Shown piece after piece: positions 38,913 through 48,802 of a stretch of 64,000 bases of DNA; the first letter of the stretch is position 1, and each line of letters opens with the position of its first letter. The notes beneath the pieces are model-generated. The model made no database searches. It was not told the DNA's origin and saw only the letters and a program-made list of their open reading frames with translations. The DNA comes from Treponema sp. GTDB lineage: Bacteria; Spirochaetota; Spirochaetia; Treponematales; Treponemataceae. The stretch lies in NCBI GenBank assembly GCA_016296205.1, contig JAEDJS010000003.1, forward strand, positions 713 to 64,712, read 5' to 3'. The position numbers were made by a program, and so were the translations under genes.

Positions 38913-40376
38913 ATGGAAAAAATTTTTGCTGACACAAGAAAATTGGACGAAAGGGCCAGAGATGTTTTTGATTTAACCGAAGATCTTATGATGGAAAATG
39001 CGGCAATTGGTTTGATGCAGCAGATTGAATTATTCCCGGAAGTTAAAAGTGCTGCAATTTTTTGTGGCGGCGGAAATAATGGAGCAGACGGTTATGCTCT
39101 TGCAAGACTTTTGCAGGAAAAATACAAAGTAATAGTTGTAGAAGTAATTCCTGCATCAAGTGTAAAATGTGTGGAACAGAAAATCCGTTGCCAGCGTTTA
39201 GAAATTCAAATAATTAATTTTGAAGGTCAGCAGTTAAATCAAATTGTTTGCAATTTAGAAAATCTTGCAGTAGTTGACTGTATTTTTGGCAGCGGCTTCC
39301 ACGGAATTCTTCCAGATGAAATTTTAAAGTTAGTTGAACAGATTAACCAGTTGAATTGCGTTAAAATTGCCTGCGACATTTCCAGCGGACTGCAGTTTAA
39401 AGCCGATGTTACAGTTACAATGGGTGGGCAAAAAATTCAGCTTTATACAGAAAGAGGCAAAGACGTGAGCGGTAAAATTGTTGTGGCACCTCTAGGACTT
39501 TGCCGCCAGAAATTTGAAAGCACCTGCTACACAAATAAATTTCTTTTGAATTATGATGATGCAAAATTGCCAGTTCGTAAAAAATCATCCTGCCACAAAG
39601 GAAATTTTGGCCATGCAGTAATTGCCGGTGGAGAAAAAATTGGTGCTGCCGGACTTTCTGCTACAGCAAGCCTTCATTTTGGAGCCGGTTATTCTTCTGT
39701 TATTACAGAACAAATAATCAATTTTGGAAACCAGGAAAATGATCTCACCTTTGAATTGATGACATCAAAAGAAATTCCTTCTAATGCAACAAGTTTTGCT
39801 ATTGGCCCGGGCTTTGGCAGAAATTCAAATTTGTTTGCTGATTACCTGAATGTTGCCGAAGAAAAAAATCTACCGGTTGTTCTTGATGCTGATGCATTTT
39901 ACTATGAATCAATTGATGGATTTTTAAGCAAACGATGTAGTGATTCAATTTGTTTGCCAACTGTTCTTACGCCCCATCCAAAAGAATTTGCAGCACTGCT
40001 TTCTAATTGCGGATTGGGAAGATTTACAACGGAAGAAGTTTTAGAAAATCTGGATTTGTGTGTTGATGTTTTTTGCAGGAATCACCCGGGAATTGTATTG
40101 CTTGTAAAAGGAAGCATTGTAACGATTGCAGTAAAGTTAAAATCAGAAAACGATGTATTTATCTATAAAAATCCCTGGGGAACAAATGCACTTGCAAAAG
40201 CCGGCAGCGGTGATGTTCTGACTGGATTAATAAATGGTCTGCTTGCCCAGAATTATTCTGCACTTGATGCTGCAATAACTGCCAGCCTTGTTCATGCAAA
40301 ATGTTCTGAATCAGAAAATAATTTTTCGTTAACTCCTTTTGGAATAATTCAAAATCTGGACAAGCTTAATTTTTAA
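38913..40376 (+). CDS. nnr: Bifunctional NAD(P)HX epimerase/dehydratase
   Basis: LMMENAA, GGGNNGADG, HKGNFG, DADA, LTPHPKEF, AGSGDVLTG. Confidence 0.92.
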   Translation: MEKIFADTRKLDERARDVFDLTEDLMMENAAIGLMQQIELFPEVKSAAIFCGGGNNGADGYALARLLQEKYKVIVVEVIPASSVKCVEQKIRCQRLEIQIINFEGQQLNQIVCNLENLAVVDCIFGSGFHGILPDEILKLVEQINQLNCVKIACDISSGLQFKADVTVTMGGQKIQLYTERGKDVSGKIVVAPLGLCRQKFESTCYTNKFLLNYDDAKLPVRKKSSCHKGNFGHAVIAGGEKIGAAGLSATASLHFGAGYSSVITEQIINFGNQENDLTFELMTSKEIPSNATSFAIGPGFGRNSNLFADYLNVAEEKNLPVVLDADAFYYESIDGFLSKRCSDSICLPTVLTPHPKEFAALLSNCGLGRFTTEEVLENLDLCVDVFCRNHPGIVLLVKGSIVTIAVKLKSENDVFIYKNPWGTNALAKAGSGDVLTGLINGLLAQNYSALDAAITASLVHAKCSESENNFSLTPFGIIQNLDKLNF

Positions 40377-40380
40377 ATTT

Positions 40381-41238
40381 TTAGTGTGATTTCTGACCTC
40401 GCTGAATAAAGTCCATTCCACGAAGTTTTTTATTGCTCACAAAATTTTTCTGCATTTGTTCAAGATTCTGTTTGCTGCTGTTTTTGTGGGCGTATTTTCT
40501 TGGGTCAGTTGATTTTGCACTGGATGTTTTTTCTTCAAGAAGTTTGTACCATTCAACTGGAGCCCCAACTTCAAATTTTACTTCTTTCCCATTAACCGGA
40601 TGAATAAAAGCCAAACTTTTTGCGTGGAGGCAAAGTCTCCCAAAGGGATTTGTCTTAGAGTGATAGTTTTTATCTCCGGCCAAAGTGTATTTCATGTAAC
40701 TTAAATGTGCACGAATCTGATTTTTTCTTCCTGTATCAAGCTGCAGTTCAAAAATTGAATAATCAGAGTTGGAATTTAAAATTTTATAATGAGTGCGGGC
40801 ATTTTCTGTTTTAATAGAAGGATCATGAGTTTTTGGGACGTAACTTAAGTGATAGGCATTTTGTGCAAGTGGCAAATCAATTGTTCCTTCTTTTTCTATA
40901 TAATCCCGTTTGTTCTTTGGAGTTTCTGCAACAGCGATGTAAATTCTTTCTGTAACATCTTTGTGCCAGTTGTTCATTAATTTTTCTTTAACTGGTTCGC
41001 TAAGTGCAAATACCATAACGCCGCTTGTTTCTTTATCAAGACGATGAACAGCATAAGGTTTGTGAGAGTTTTTCCATGTGCCGTTTTTGCGCATGATTGT
41101 TTCCAGAGTATCAATAGCAGTTTTTTCGTGGCTGCCTTCATAAGGAACACTCAACATGCCGCTTGGTTTATAAACCACAACAATAGCATTGTCTTGATGC
41201 AGAATTTGAAATTTTTTATAGTTAAAGATTTTACTCAT
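40381..41238 (-). CDS. RluA-family pseudouridine synthase
   Basis: KPSGMLSVP, HRLDKETSG, TGRKNQIR, LCLHA. Confidence 0.92.
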   Translation of the reverse strand: MSKIFNYKKFQILHQDNAIVVVYKPSGMLSVPYEGSHEKTAIDTLETIMRKNGTWKNSHKPYAVHRLDKETSGVMVFALSEPVKEKLMNNWHKDVTERIYIAVAETPKNKRDYIEKEGTIDLPLAQNAYHLSYVPKTHDPSIKTENARTHYKILNSNSDYSIFELQLDTGRKNQIRAHLSYMKYTLAGDKNYHSKTNPFGRLCLHAKSLAFIHPVNGKEVKFEVGAPVEWYKLLEEKTSSAKSTDPRKYAHKNSSKQNLEQMQKNFVSNKKLRGMDFIQRGQKSH

Positions 41239-41260
41239 TTTATATTCCTGTTTAATTTAA

Positions 41261-43189
41261 TCATCGTGTGAATTTAATCAGATAGCTTTTTCCTTTTGCA
41301 ACTTTTAATGTAAAGAAATCATTTTTTAAACAGCTTTTCATTGGCAGATCAAGAAAATCTTTTGTTTTATTTTCTATTTTCCAGCCGTATCCAAACTGAC
41401 TTAAATCAATTTTGAGTTTGCTGTTTTTTTCTTCATTGCTTACGATAGTTAAAATCAACTCATCTGGAGAAAATCTTGCCCAGCATAATGTGTATCCATT
41501 GTCGCTTACTATTTTAAATCCACCGTCAGAAAGGGCTGGACTTGTAGTTTTTAAATTACACAATTTCTGGTACATTTTAAAACTGTCTGTTGATTCAATA
41601 TCTTTATCCCATGGCATTGGATAACGGCAGCCTTCATTATCGTTGGTTCTTCCCTCAATTTCTGCTTCGTCACCATAGTACATATTTGCACAGCCTGGCA
41701 GAGTAAAAATTGTAGTTACCGCACCTTTTACTTGATCATAGCCGAATTCTTTAAAATTGTGGAATCTTGGAACATCGTGACTGTCCAGCAGATTAAATTG
41801 AATTTGTTTCATTGCAAATGGGAGCGGGTCAAAATATGAACGGAATCTGTCGCCCAATTCTTTTGCAGTCATACGTTTTTTGGATGCAGCAAGTTCTGGG
41901 TATCGGAAGTTGAACATATCACCACCGGAATAAAACTGGCGGATTGGTCTGTTACAACCATAATAATTCATTGGAGAATCCCATTCGTCACCTTTCATAA
42001 ATTCACTGCAGTCGTTCCAGTCTTCCGCAAGAATGTAAGCCTGTGGATTTGTTTCTTTTATACTCTTTCTGATTTCCGGCCAAACCTGATGATGTAACTG
42101 CATCTGATTATTTCTCGCCATTGTGTTGGCAACATCGAATCTCCAGCCGTCTGTATTGTAAGGAGCTTTAAGCCATTTTTTTACAAGTGAATCAGAATCT
42201 CTGTAAATAATATTCCGCAATTTTTCGGATGTGTAATTCAATGTTGGAAGAGTTTCTACATCATACCATGCTTTGTAACTGTTATCGTCGTTGAAAAAAT
42301 AAAATTCTCTTTCTTCTGAATCTGGATTGTTAAAGGCTCCCAATGATTTGTCAAAAAATAAACCTTCTTTGTTAAACCATTTATTGGCAGTTCCTGTGTG
42401 ATTGATGGAAACGTCCAGGATGATTTTCATTCCATTTTGGTGAAGCGCATTTGTTAATCTTGATAAAGCTTCGTCTCCGCCAAAATGAGGATCAACGTGG
42501 AAGAAATCAAGGCAGTCGTATTTGTGCACTGTTGCAGCGTGGAAAATTGGATTAAGATAAATTGCATTTACCCCAAGTTTTTTAAGGTAAGGAATTTTCT
42601 GTGTAATTCCGTCTAAGTCGCCGCCAAAAAAATCAAGACAAAAACTTTCGTTGTAAGGGGTTGGAACAGAATTCCAGTTTTTTACAGCAATGGTCGGGTG
42701 ACCATTAAAATTGTATTCTCCGTCTTTTACAGAAATTTCTGGATTGCCATTGCAGAAACGTTCCGGGAAAATCTGATAGAAAACAGTGTTCTTTACCCAT
42801 TCAGGCTGCTGGTAATCGACTAAAAGTTTAAAATCATTTTGCTCATTAGGAATACTTGTGTAAATTCCGCCATTATTATAGTAGATAATTCCGTTGTTTT
42901 TTGTGATGATATAAAATTTGTAGTTAATCGATTTTTCGTAAACAGTCAATGTTGTCTGGTAGCGGGCTAATCCGTTTTTTGTATCCGATTTTTCCATTTT
43001 AACAACACGTTCTTCCCCATTTTCTCGAATCCGGAGAAAAATATTTGTTACTGGAGCATTTTCTTTGATTTGAATGGAAAAAGTAACTGAATCCCCAGAT
43101 TTTGGAAGTGGATTTGACAAAAAGAATTTTGAACCGTCGTGGTAGATTGAATCAAGCCACCATTTGTTAATTTGTGCAAAAGTTTTCAT
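41261..43189 (-). CDS. GH13 alpha-glycosidase (maltodextrin glucosidase/neopullulanase-like)
   Basis: [35 protein letters not shown]. Confidence 0.9.
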   Translation of the reverse strand: MKTFAQINKWWLDSIYHDGSKFFLSNPLPKSGDSVTFSIQIKENAPVTNIFLRIRENGEERVVKMEKSDTKNGLARYQTTLTVYEKSINYKFYIITKNNGIIYYNNGGIYTSIPNEQNDFKLLVDYQQPEWVKNTVFYQIFPERFCNGNPEISVKDGEYNFNGHPTIAVKNWNSVPTPYNESFCLDFFGGDLDGITQKIPYLKKLGVNAIYLNPIFHAATVHKYDCLDFFHVDPHFGGDEALSRLTNALHQNGMKIILDVSINHTGTANKWFNKEGLFFDKSLGAFNNPDSEEREFYFFNDDNSYKAWYDVETLPTLNYTSEKLRNIIYRDSDSLVKKWLKAPYNTDGWRFDVANTMARNNQMQLHHQVWPEIRKSIKETNPQAYILAEDWNDCSEFMKGDEWDSPMNYYGCNRPIRQFYSGGDMFNFRYPELAASKKRMTAKELGDRFRSYFDPLPFAMKQIQFNLLDSHDVPRFHNFKEFGYDQVKGAVTTIFTLPGCANMYYGDEAEIEGRTNDNEGCRYPMPWDKDIESTDSFKMYQKLCNLKTTSPALSDGGFKIVSDNGYTLCWARFSPDELILTIVSNEEKNSKLKIDLSQFGYGWKIENKTKDFLDLPMKSCLKNDFFTLKVAKGKSYLIKFTR

Positions 43190-43263
43190 ATTTTAAATAT
43201 ATCACTAACTTGCGGGAAATGAAAGTATGTGATATTATAGAAAAAATTTTTAGAGGTGTTAGA

Positions 43264-44187
43264 ATGTTAGCTGGACGTCATGTTATCGAACCGGGTGATT
43301 TATCCATTACTGAAATTGAAGAAATTTGTTCATTGGCTGAACAGATTATTGTTGATCCTGTTTCTTTTCAAGATGTGTGTCGTGGGAAAATTCTTGCGAC
43401 ACTTTTTTTTGAGCCAAGTACAAGAACAAGACTTTCTTTTGAAGCAGCGATGCTCAGATTAGGTGGAAGTGTAGAAGGATTTGCAAGCCCAGATTATACA
43501 TCAAGCACAAAGGGTGAAACTCTTGCAGATACAATCCGCGTTGTTAGTTCCTATGCCGATGTTATTGCAATGAGAAGCCCTAAAGAAGGTGCCGCACTTT
43601 TGGCAAGTCAGTTTAGTGCATGCCCTGTAATCAATGCTGGAGACGGTGGACATTATCATCCTACTCAGACTCTTACAGATCTTCTTACAATTCGTCAGCT
43701 TAGAGGCAGTGTGGAAGGTCAGACAATTGGTTTCTGCGGTGACTTGAAGTTTGGGCGAACAGTTCACTCCCTGGCAAAAGCAATGAGCCGTTACAAGGGA
43801 AATAAATTTGTTTTTATCAGTCCAAGTGAATTGTCGGTTCCAGATTACATTATAAAAGGAATACTTGAACCAGCAGGAATTGAATATAAATGTGTTGATA
43901 AACTTGATGATGTAATCGGGGAACTTGATATTCTTTATATGACACGTGTTCAGAAAGAAAGATTCTTTAACGAACAGGATTATATTCGACTTAAAGACTG
44001 CTATATTTTGAATAAAGAAAAAATGGCAATGGCAAAAAAAGATATGATTGTTTTGCATCCGCTTCCAAGAGTAAATGAAATTGCTCCAGAAGTAGACAAC
44101 GACCCAAGAGCGGCCTACTTTAAGCAGGTTAAATACGGAATGTTTGTTCGCATGGCATTAATTGCAAAACTTACAGGTTCAATTTAA
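43264..44187 (+). CDS. pyrB: Aspartate carbamoyltransferase catalytic subunit
   Basis: [41 protein letters not shown] before ATG 43264. Confidence 0.97.
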   Translation: MLAGRHVIEPGDLSITEIEEICSLAEQIIVDPVSFQDVCRGKILATLFFEPSTRTRLSFEAAMLRLGGSVEGFASPDYTSSTKGETLADTIRVVSSYADVIAMRSPKEGAALLASQFSACPVINAGDGGHYHPTQTLTDLLTIRQLRGSVEGQTIGFCGDLKFGRTVHSLAKAMSRYKGNKFVFISPSELSVPDYIIKGILEPAGIEYKCVDKLDDVIGELDILYMTRVQKERFFNEQDYIRLKDCYILNKEKMAMAKKDMIVLHPLPRVNEIAPEVDNDPRAAYFKQVKYGMFVRMALIAKLTGSI

Positions 44188-44200
44188 GTTGGAGGGAAAT

Positions 44201-44632
44201 ATGCTTTCAGTAAACGAAATTAAAAATGGAATTGTAATCGATCATATTAAAGCGGGAAATGGTCCAAAAGTTTTTGACTGGCTGGGTCTTAACAAAGCAA
44301 AATTTACATGTGCACTTATTATGAACGTACAGTCTGATAAGGCGGGAAAAAAGGATATTATTAAAATCGATAATATTATCAATATTGATTACAGCATTCT
44401 TGGTTTTTTTGATCCAAACATTACAGTAAATGTTATTCAGGATTCAAAAATTGTCCGCAAAATTACGATGGAACTTCCAGAAAAAGTAGAAAGTGTAATT
44501 CACTGTAAAAATCCTCGCTGTATTACAACAACAGAAAATTATGTGCCTCAAGAATTCAGATTGTTTGATAAAGCAACTGCAAAATATAGATGCGTATACT
44601 GTGATGCACTTTACACTGCTGGAGAAAATTAA
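44201..44632 (+). CDS. pyrI: Aspartate carbamoyltransferase regulatory subunit
   Basis: IKNGIVIDHI, KDIIKI, CKNPRCIT, YRCVYC; GGAGG SD. Confidence 0.95.
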   Translation: MLSVNEIKNGIVIDHIKAGNGPKVFDWLGLNKAKFTCALIMNVQSDKAGKKDIIKIDNIINIDYSILGFFDPNITVNVIQDSKIVRKITMELPEKVESVIHCKNPRCITTTENYVPQEFRLFDKATAKYRCVYCDALYTAGEN

Positions 44633-45945
44633 TGACATTAATCTATAACGCCAAAATTGTTGATAAAAATAAAAGCGTAAAAGGGAGCATTCTTATTGAT
44701 GGGAAAAAAATCAAAAGTGTGCTTACAAAAAAAGAGACAGATGAATTTCTTTTTGAAAGTGATTTGAACATCGACTTAATAGACGCAAAAGGCATGGTAG
44801 TTTTGCCAAGTTTTATTGACATGCACTCACATTTCAGGGATCCGGGTTTTACTCAAAAAGAAGATCTGGAAAGTGGAATTAACAGTGCAATTGCTGGTGG
44901 TTATGGTGCGGTTGTTTTAATGCCAAATACAAATCCGGTTGTAAGTAGTCTGGAGCTGGCAGAAAAAAATCATCAGAAAGCAAAATCAATGGGCAAGTGC
45001 AGAGTATTCCAGAGTGTGAGCATTACAAGTGATTTTAAAGGTGAATCAGTTGAGCACATCAGTAATCTTGATTCAAAAAAAGTGCCGCTTATTACAGAAG
45101 ATGGTAAAGAAGTAGAAAGTGCCGCCGTTATGCTAAAAGGAATGAAACTGGCTGCTGAAAAAAAAATTATTGTAAGCTGCCATTGTGAAGATCCAAAGCT
45201 TGCAGCCCAGGCCCGTGAACTTAGAGCAGAAAGTTTAAAATCATTATCACAAGGGAATAAAAAAGACGCAGAAAAATTCCTGCAGGAAGCAAACAGTCTT
45301 CTTGAACTTGCGGAAGATACAATGACTGTCAGAAATATTCAGATTGCAAAAAAGGCTGGATGCCACGTACACATATGTCACGTTTCTACAAGTGGCTCAA
45401 TTGAAGCGGTTCGGCAGGCTAAGAAACTTGGTCTTAATGTTACTGCAGAAATAACTCCTCATCATTTTAGTTTAACAGGTCAGAAAGCTCCTGGAATTTT
45501 TAATATTGTAAATCCGCCCCTTAGAACAGAAGACGACAGACAGAGTTTGTTAAAAGCAATTAAAGATGGTACATGTGATGTAATTGCTACAGATCATGCT
45601 CCACATACAGTGCAGGATAAATTAAATGGTGCTCCTGGCTTTCCAGGTTTGGAAACTTCCTTTGCTGCAGGATATACAAATCTTGTAGAAACAAAAGTTA
45701 TTAACCTTAAAAAGTTGAGTGCTTTAATGAGTGCAAATCCAGCTGATATTCTGGGCCTAAAAAATGTGGCTTTAATTGAACCAGGCTATTTTGCAAATCT
45801 TACAATTGTTGATTTAAATAAAACATGGAAGGTCAAAGGTGAAGATTTTGCCAGCCGAGGTAAAATTACTGCATTTGAAGGAAAAACATTAAAAGGCCAG
45901 GTTGTAAAAACAATTTATGAAGGCCAAATTGTTTATTCTCTGTAA
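44632..45945 (+). CDS. pyrC: Dihydroorotase
   Basis: DMHSHFRDPG, MPNTNP, HCED, TPHH, NPPLR, ATDHAPH. Confidence 0.95.
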   Translation: MTLIYNAKIVDKNKSVKGSILIDGKKIKSVLTKKETDEFLFESDLNIDLIDAKGMVVLPSFIDMHSHFRDPGFTQKEDLESGINSAIAGGYGAVVLMPNTNPVVSSLELAEKNHQKAKSMGKCRVFQSVSITSDFKGESVEHISNLDSKKVPLITEDGKEVESAAVMLKGMKLAAEKKIIVSCHCEDPKLAAQARELRAESLKSLSQGNKKDAEKFLQEANSLLELAEDTMTVRNIQIAKKAGCHVHICHVSTSGSIEAVRQAKKLGLNVTAEITPHHFSLTGQKAPGIFNIVNPPLRTEDDRQSLLKAIKDGTCDVIATDHAPHTVQDKLNGAPGFPGLETSFAAGYTNLVETKVINLKKLSALMSANPADILGLKNVALIEPGYFANLTIVDLNKTWKVKGEDFASRGKITAFEGKTLKGQVVKTIYEGQIVYSL

Positions 45946-45975
45946 AAAAGGATCCGCCTTGTAATTAAGCCCCAT

Positions 45976-46171
45976 GAGAGATCCTGAATCATGTTCAGGA
46001 TGACGGCGATGGATGGGGGAGGCAAAAAGTGTGTCATTCCGGACTTGATCCGGAATCTCTTTGCAAGAGAGATCCTGAAACAAGAGTTCAGCATGACGGC
46101 GATGGGTGGGGGAGGCAAAAAGTGTGTCATTCTAGACTAAGTGTGTCATTCCGGACTTGATCCGGAATCTC
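45976..46171. repeat. REP-like palindrome cluster 4 (4 full copies plus half copy, ~92-bp-period repeat)
   Basis: TGTCATTCCGGACTTGATCCGGAATCTC x2 alternating with inverted GAGATCCTGAA...TTCAG(G/C)ATGAC x2; between convergent genes. Confidence 0.9.
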
Positions 46172-46190
46172 TTTTGGCTGGTGTTAAAAA

Positions 46191-46829
46191 TTATTCGTTT
46201 TCTATTGGTTCTGCTACTGAATCATCTTGTTCTTCTGTTGATTCAGGTGCATCTTTAATTTCTACGTCTTCCGGTTTAATTTCTATTGGTTTTTTCTTCC
46301 ATCCAACGATAGCAATTATAATTCCAAAAATCACTAATGCAATTCCTACAACACGCATAATAATTTCTGCAAGTCTGGCTCCCAGCAAGAAAAGAACAAG
46401 TGATACTGCAAGATAGATAAATGCCTGAATAACCAGGGATTTTACATCATCAGTATCGTTTTTAAGCTGCAAAGCGATGTAAAATTCAATTGCACCGGCT
46501 AAAAGAGCGTAAATTGCAAGAATGTATGTGAAAATTGCAATAACAGTAGAAATAGCCCCTCTAAAGATGAATGGGAAAGTTACTGCCAGAAGTCCAATTA
46601 ATATACTGACTAAAGCACGAATAATAACTGTTTTCTTAATAATGCTTCCGTCCATGAACATTTTTGTTTTTGTAAGAGTAACGATTCCATCTGTAATTGC
46701 GGCAAAACCAAAGAGAATTACAAGAAATTCAACGGCATCTTTTGGCCAGATGATTGCGATTAATCCTGCTATAACAGAAAAAATACCATACAGAAAATTC
46801 TTTTTATTGAATAAACCTTTTGCTGTCAT
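46191..46829 (-). CDS. HdeD/DUF308-like membrane protein
   Basis: Repeated G...I..G...I.WP/FP hydrophobic hairpins; acidic tail; GGAGG SD. Confidence 0.7.
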   Translation of the reverse strand: MTAKGLFNKKNFLYGIFSVIAGLIAIIWPKDAVEFLVILFGFAAITDGIVTLTKTKMFMDGSIIKKTVIIRALVSILIGLLAVTFPFIFRGAISTVIAIFTYILAIYALLAGAIEFYIALQLKNDTDDVKSLVIQAFIYLAVSLVLFLLGARLAEIIMRVVGIALVIFGIIIAIVGWKKKPIEIKPEDVEIKDAPESTEEQDDSVAEPIENE

Positions 46830-46905
46830 AAAGCCTCCTATTAAATTTTTTTTAATTATATTATTAATTTACGAAATAAATTTGGATTAGTCAACTTAAA
46901 ACCAC

Positions 46906-46934
46906 TTGACATTGTTTAAAAATTAACCTAAAAT
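46906..46934 (+). promoter_or_regulatory. Sigma70 promoter of the tRNA cluster
   Basis: TTGACA-17-TAAAAT, 13 nt before the first tRNA. Confidence 0.85.
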
Positions 46935-46947
46935 GCAATAACAATTT

Positions 46948-47032
46948 GGAGCGATGGCAGAGTGGTCGAATGCGGCGGTCTTGAAAACCGTTGTACTGCG
47001 AGGTACCGGGGGTTCGAATCCCTCTCGCTCCG
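46948..47032 (+). tRNA. tRNA-Ser(TGA)
   Basis: GGAGCGA/TCGCTCC acceptor, anticodon loop CTTGAAA, long variable arm, GTTCGAATC; CCA not encoded. Confidence 0.96.
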
Positions 47033-47037
47033 AAGCT

Positions 47038-47122
47038 GGTGAAGTGGCCGAACGGTAAGGCAGCAGTTTGCTAAACTGCCGGTAGCGAAAGCGCCTAGCA
47101 GGTTCAACCCCTGTCTTCACCG
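47038..47122 (+). tRNA. tRNA-Ser(GCT)
   Basis: GGTGAAG/CTTCACC acceptor, GCAGT-TTGCTAA-ACTGC anticodon arm, long variable arm. Confidence 0.93.
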
Positions 47123-47127
47123 AACCT

Positions 47128-47202
47128 GAGACTGTAGCTCAGCTGGATTAGAGCACCACCCTGCGGAGGTGGGGGTCGCACGTTCGAATCGTGTCAGTCT
47201 CG
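47128..47202 (+). tRNA. tRNA-Arg(GCG)
   Basis: GAGACTG/CAGTCTC acceptor, CCACC-CTGCGGA-GGTGG anticodon arm, GTTCGAATC. Confidence 0.95.
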
Positions 47203-47220
47203 CTAGCAATGGTTTTTCAC

Positions 47221-47250
47221 AATACAGGTAAGTGACCTGTATTTTTTTTT
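47221..47250 (+). terminator. Intrinsic terminator-like hairpin inside the tRNA cluster
   Basis: AATACAGGT-AAGTG-ACCTGTATT followed by a long T run. Confidence 0.75.
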
Positions 47251-47257
47251 GTATTTA

Positions 47258-47342
47258 GGAAAGATGTCCGAGTGGTCGATGGTGCACGCTTGGAAGGCGT
47301 GTGTACAGAAATGTACCTCGGGTTCGAATCCCGATCTTTCCG
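47258..47342 (+). tRNA. tRNA-Ser(GGA)
   Basis: GGAAAGA/TCTTTCC acceptor, CACGC-TTGGAAG-GCGTG anticodon arm, long variable arm. Confidence 0.95.
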
Positions 47343-47346
47343 ATAT

Positions 47347-47444
47347 GGCCCAGATGCTTTACACGAAGCATTCAATGAATCCCGTCAGATCCGGAAGGAA
47401 GCAGCGGCAGTTGAATCGTTTCGGTGATTTAGTTTATCTGGGCC
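47347..47444 (+). ncRNA. ffs: Signal recognition particle (4.5S) RNA
   Basis: Domain IV motif GTCAGATCCGGAAGGAAGCAGC within a long hairpin closed by GGCCCAGAT/ATCTGGGCC. Confidence 0.93.
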
Positions 47445-47486
47445 TTTTTATTTTTTAAAACATAATAAAAAAATTAGGGAGGAAGT

Positions 47487-48743
47487 ATGAAATATTTCTT
47501 AATTGCCTTTTACGCCGCTACAATTTTTCATTTTGTTCTTAATCACATTCTGGAATTTATCGATTACAGAGCACGTGTAAAAAACGGCGATTCTGTTCCT
47601 GAAGAACTGGAAGGATTTGTGGATAGTGATCAGATTAAAAAAACAGTGGCCTACGAAAATGCAAAATATTTTTACTGGCTGCCACTGTCTGTTTGTATGC
47701 TATCACTTAATCTTGGACTTGTCTATTTTGGTTATTATTCCTCAATTTTTAACTGGCTGCAGAAAGTTGTTCCAAATGTTTATGGAAATTCAATTTTGTT
47801 TTTAATTCTTGCGGGGCTTCCTTCTGCTGTGGTAGAAATTCCATTTGACTTGTATCACACTTTTGGAATAGAAAAAAAGTTCGGTTTTAACACAATGACT
47901 TTTGGGACATGGCTTCTTGATAATATTAAAGGATTGATTCTTGACGCAATTATTATGCTCCCACTTTTGTGCCTTGTAATTTTAATTTTCCAGAAAATGT
48001 GGCAATGGTGGTGGATTATGGTTGCCGCCGTTTTAATTATTTTTAGTCTTGGACTTAGTTATATTTATCCAAAATTTATCAGCCCGATTTTTAATAAATT
48101 TACACCGCTGGAAAATCAGGATCTTCTAGCAAAACTTACAGCACTTCTTGAACGCACAGGTTTTAAAGCCAGTGGAATTTATCAGATGGATGCCAGTAAA
48201 CGCAGTAAACATTCCAACGCATATTTTACAGGCTTTGGGAAAAATAAGCAGATTGTTCTGTATGATACACTTTTGCAGCAGCTTGATGACGAAGAAATTT
48301 GTGCAGTTCTTGCTCACGAATTGGGTCATTATAAGAAAAAGCATATTATTAAAAGGATGTTGATTTCTATTTCTCTTGAGTTTATTGGAGCATTTGTTCT
48401 GAGTTTTATTTTGAACCGTCCGGAACTATATGAGAATTTTGGTTTTGAAGTGAATCCGGAGCTTCTCAAAAATTATGCAATTGCCGGTGTATTTTTAATC
48501 AGCATTGTGGTAGAAGGTTTTAGTGATATTACAGGACTTATTTCAAACACTTCAAGCCGCCGTGATGAATTCCAGGCAGATAGTTTTAGTGCTCAATTAA
48601 TAGGCAGCGGAAAACCATTGTCCAGCAGTCTTATAAAATTGAATAAAGAAAATTTGAGTGAATTTACTCCGCCAAAAATTTACAGCATTTTTAAATATAA
48701 CCATCCGCCGTTACTGGAACGCATCAGAAATATTCTTAAATAA
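47487..48743 (+). CDS. M48 (Ste24-like) membrane metallopeptidase
   Basis: IEKKFGFN, NAYFTGFG, AVLAHELGH, EFQAD, HPPLLERI. Confidence 0.93.
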   Translation: MKYFLIAFYAATIFHFVLNHILEFIDYRARVKNGDSVPEELEGFVDSDQIKKTVAYENAKYFYWLPLSVCMLSLNLGLVYFGYYSSIFNWLQKVVPNVYGNSILFLILAGLPSAVVEIPFDLYHTFGIEKKFGFNTMTFGTWLLDNIKGLILDAIIMLPLLCLVILIFQKMWQWWWIMVAAVLIIFSLGLSYIYPKFISPIFNKFTPLENQDLLAKLTALLERTGFKASGIYQMDASKRSKHSNAYFTGFGKNKQIVLYDTLLQQLDDEEICAVLAHELGHYKKKHIIKRMLISISLEFIGAFVLSFILNRPELYENFGFEVNPELLKNYAIAGVFLISIVVEGFSDITGLISNTSSRRDEFQADSFSAQLIGSGKPLSSSLIKLNKENLSEFTPPKIYSIFKYNHPPLLERIRNILK

Positions 48744-48747
48744 AAAA

Positions 48748-48789
48748 AATCCCGAAATCAATTCTGAACAGCAGCCTGATTTCGGGATT
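48748..48789. terminator. Bidirectional terminator-like hairpin between convergent genes
   Basis: AATCCCGAAATCA...TGATTTCGGGATT flanked by A and T runs. Confidence 0.7.
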
Positions 48790-48802
48790 AATTATTTTTT
48801 GT

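Noticed and set aside
47038..47122. Possible amber suppressor or pyrrolysine tRNA (CTA within the loop)
   Set aside because: The 5-bp stem GCAGT/ACTGC fixes the 7-nt loop TTGCTAA, so the anticodon is GCT (Ser).
46923..47458. ORFs 46923..47120 and 47249..47458
   Set aside because: They overlap clear tRNA and SRP RNA genes.
46948..48743. Genomic island integrated at the tRNA cluster
   Set aside because: No integrase, no duplicated tRNA 3' end seen, and flanking genes are ordinary chromosomal genes.
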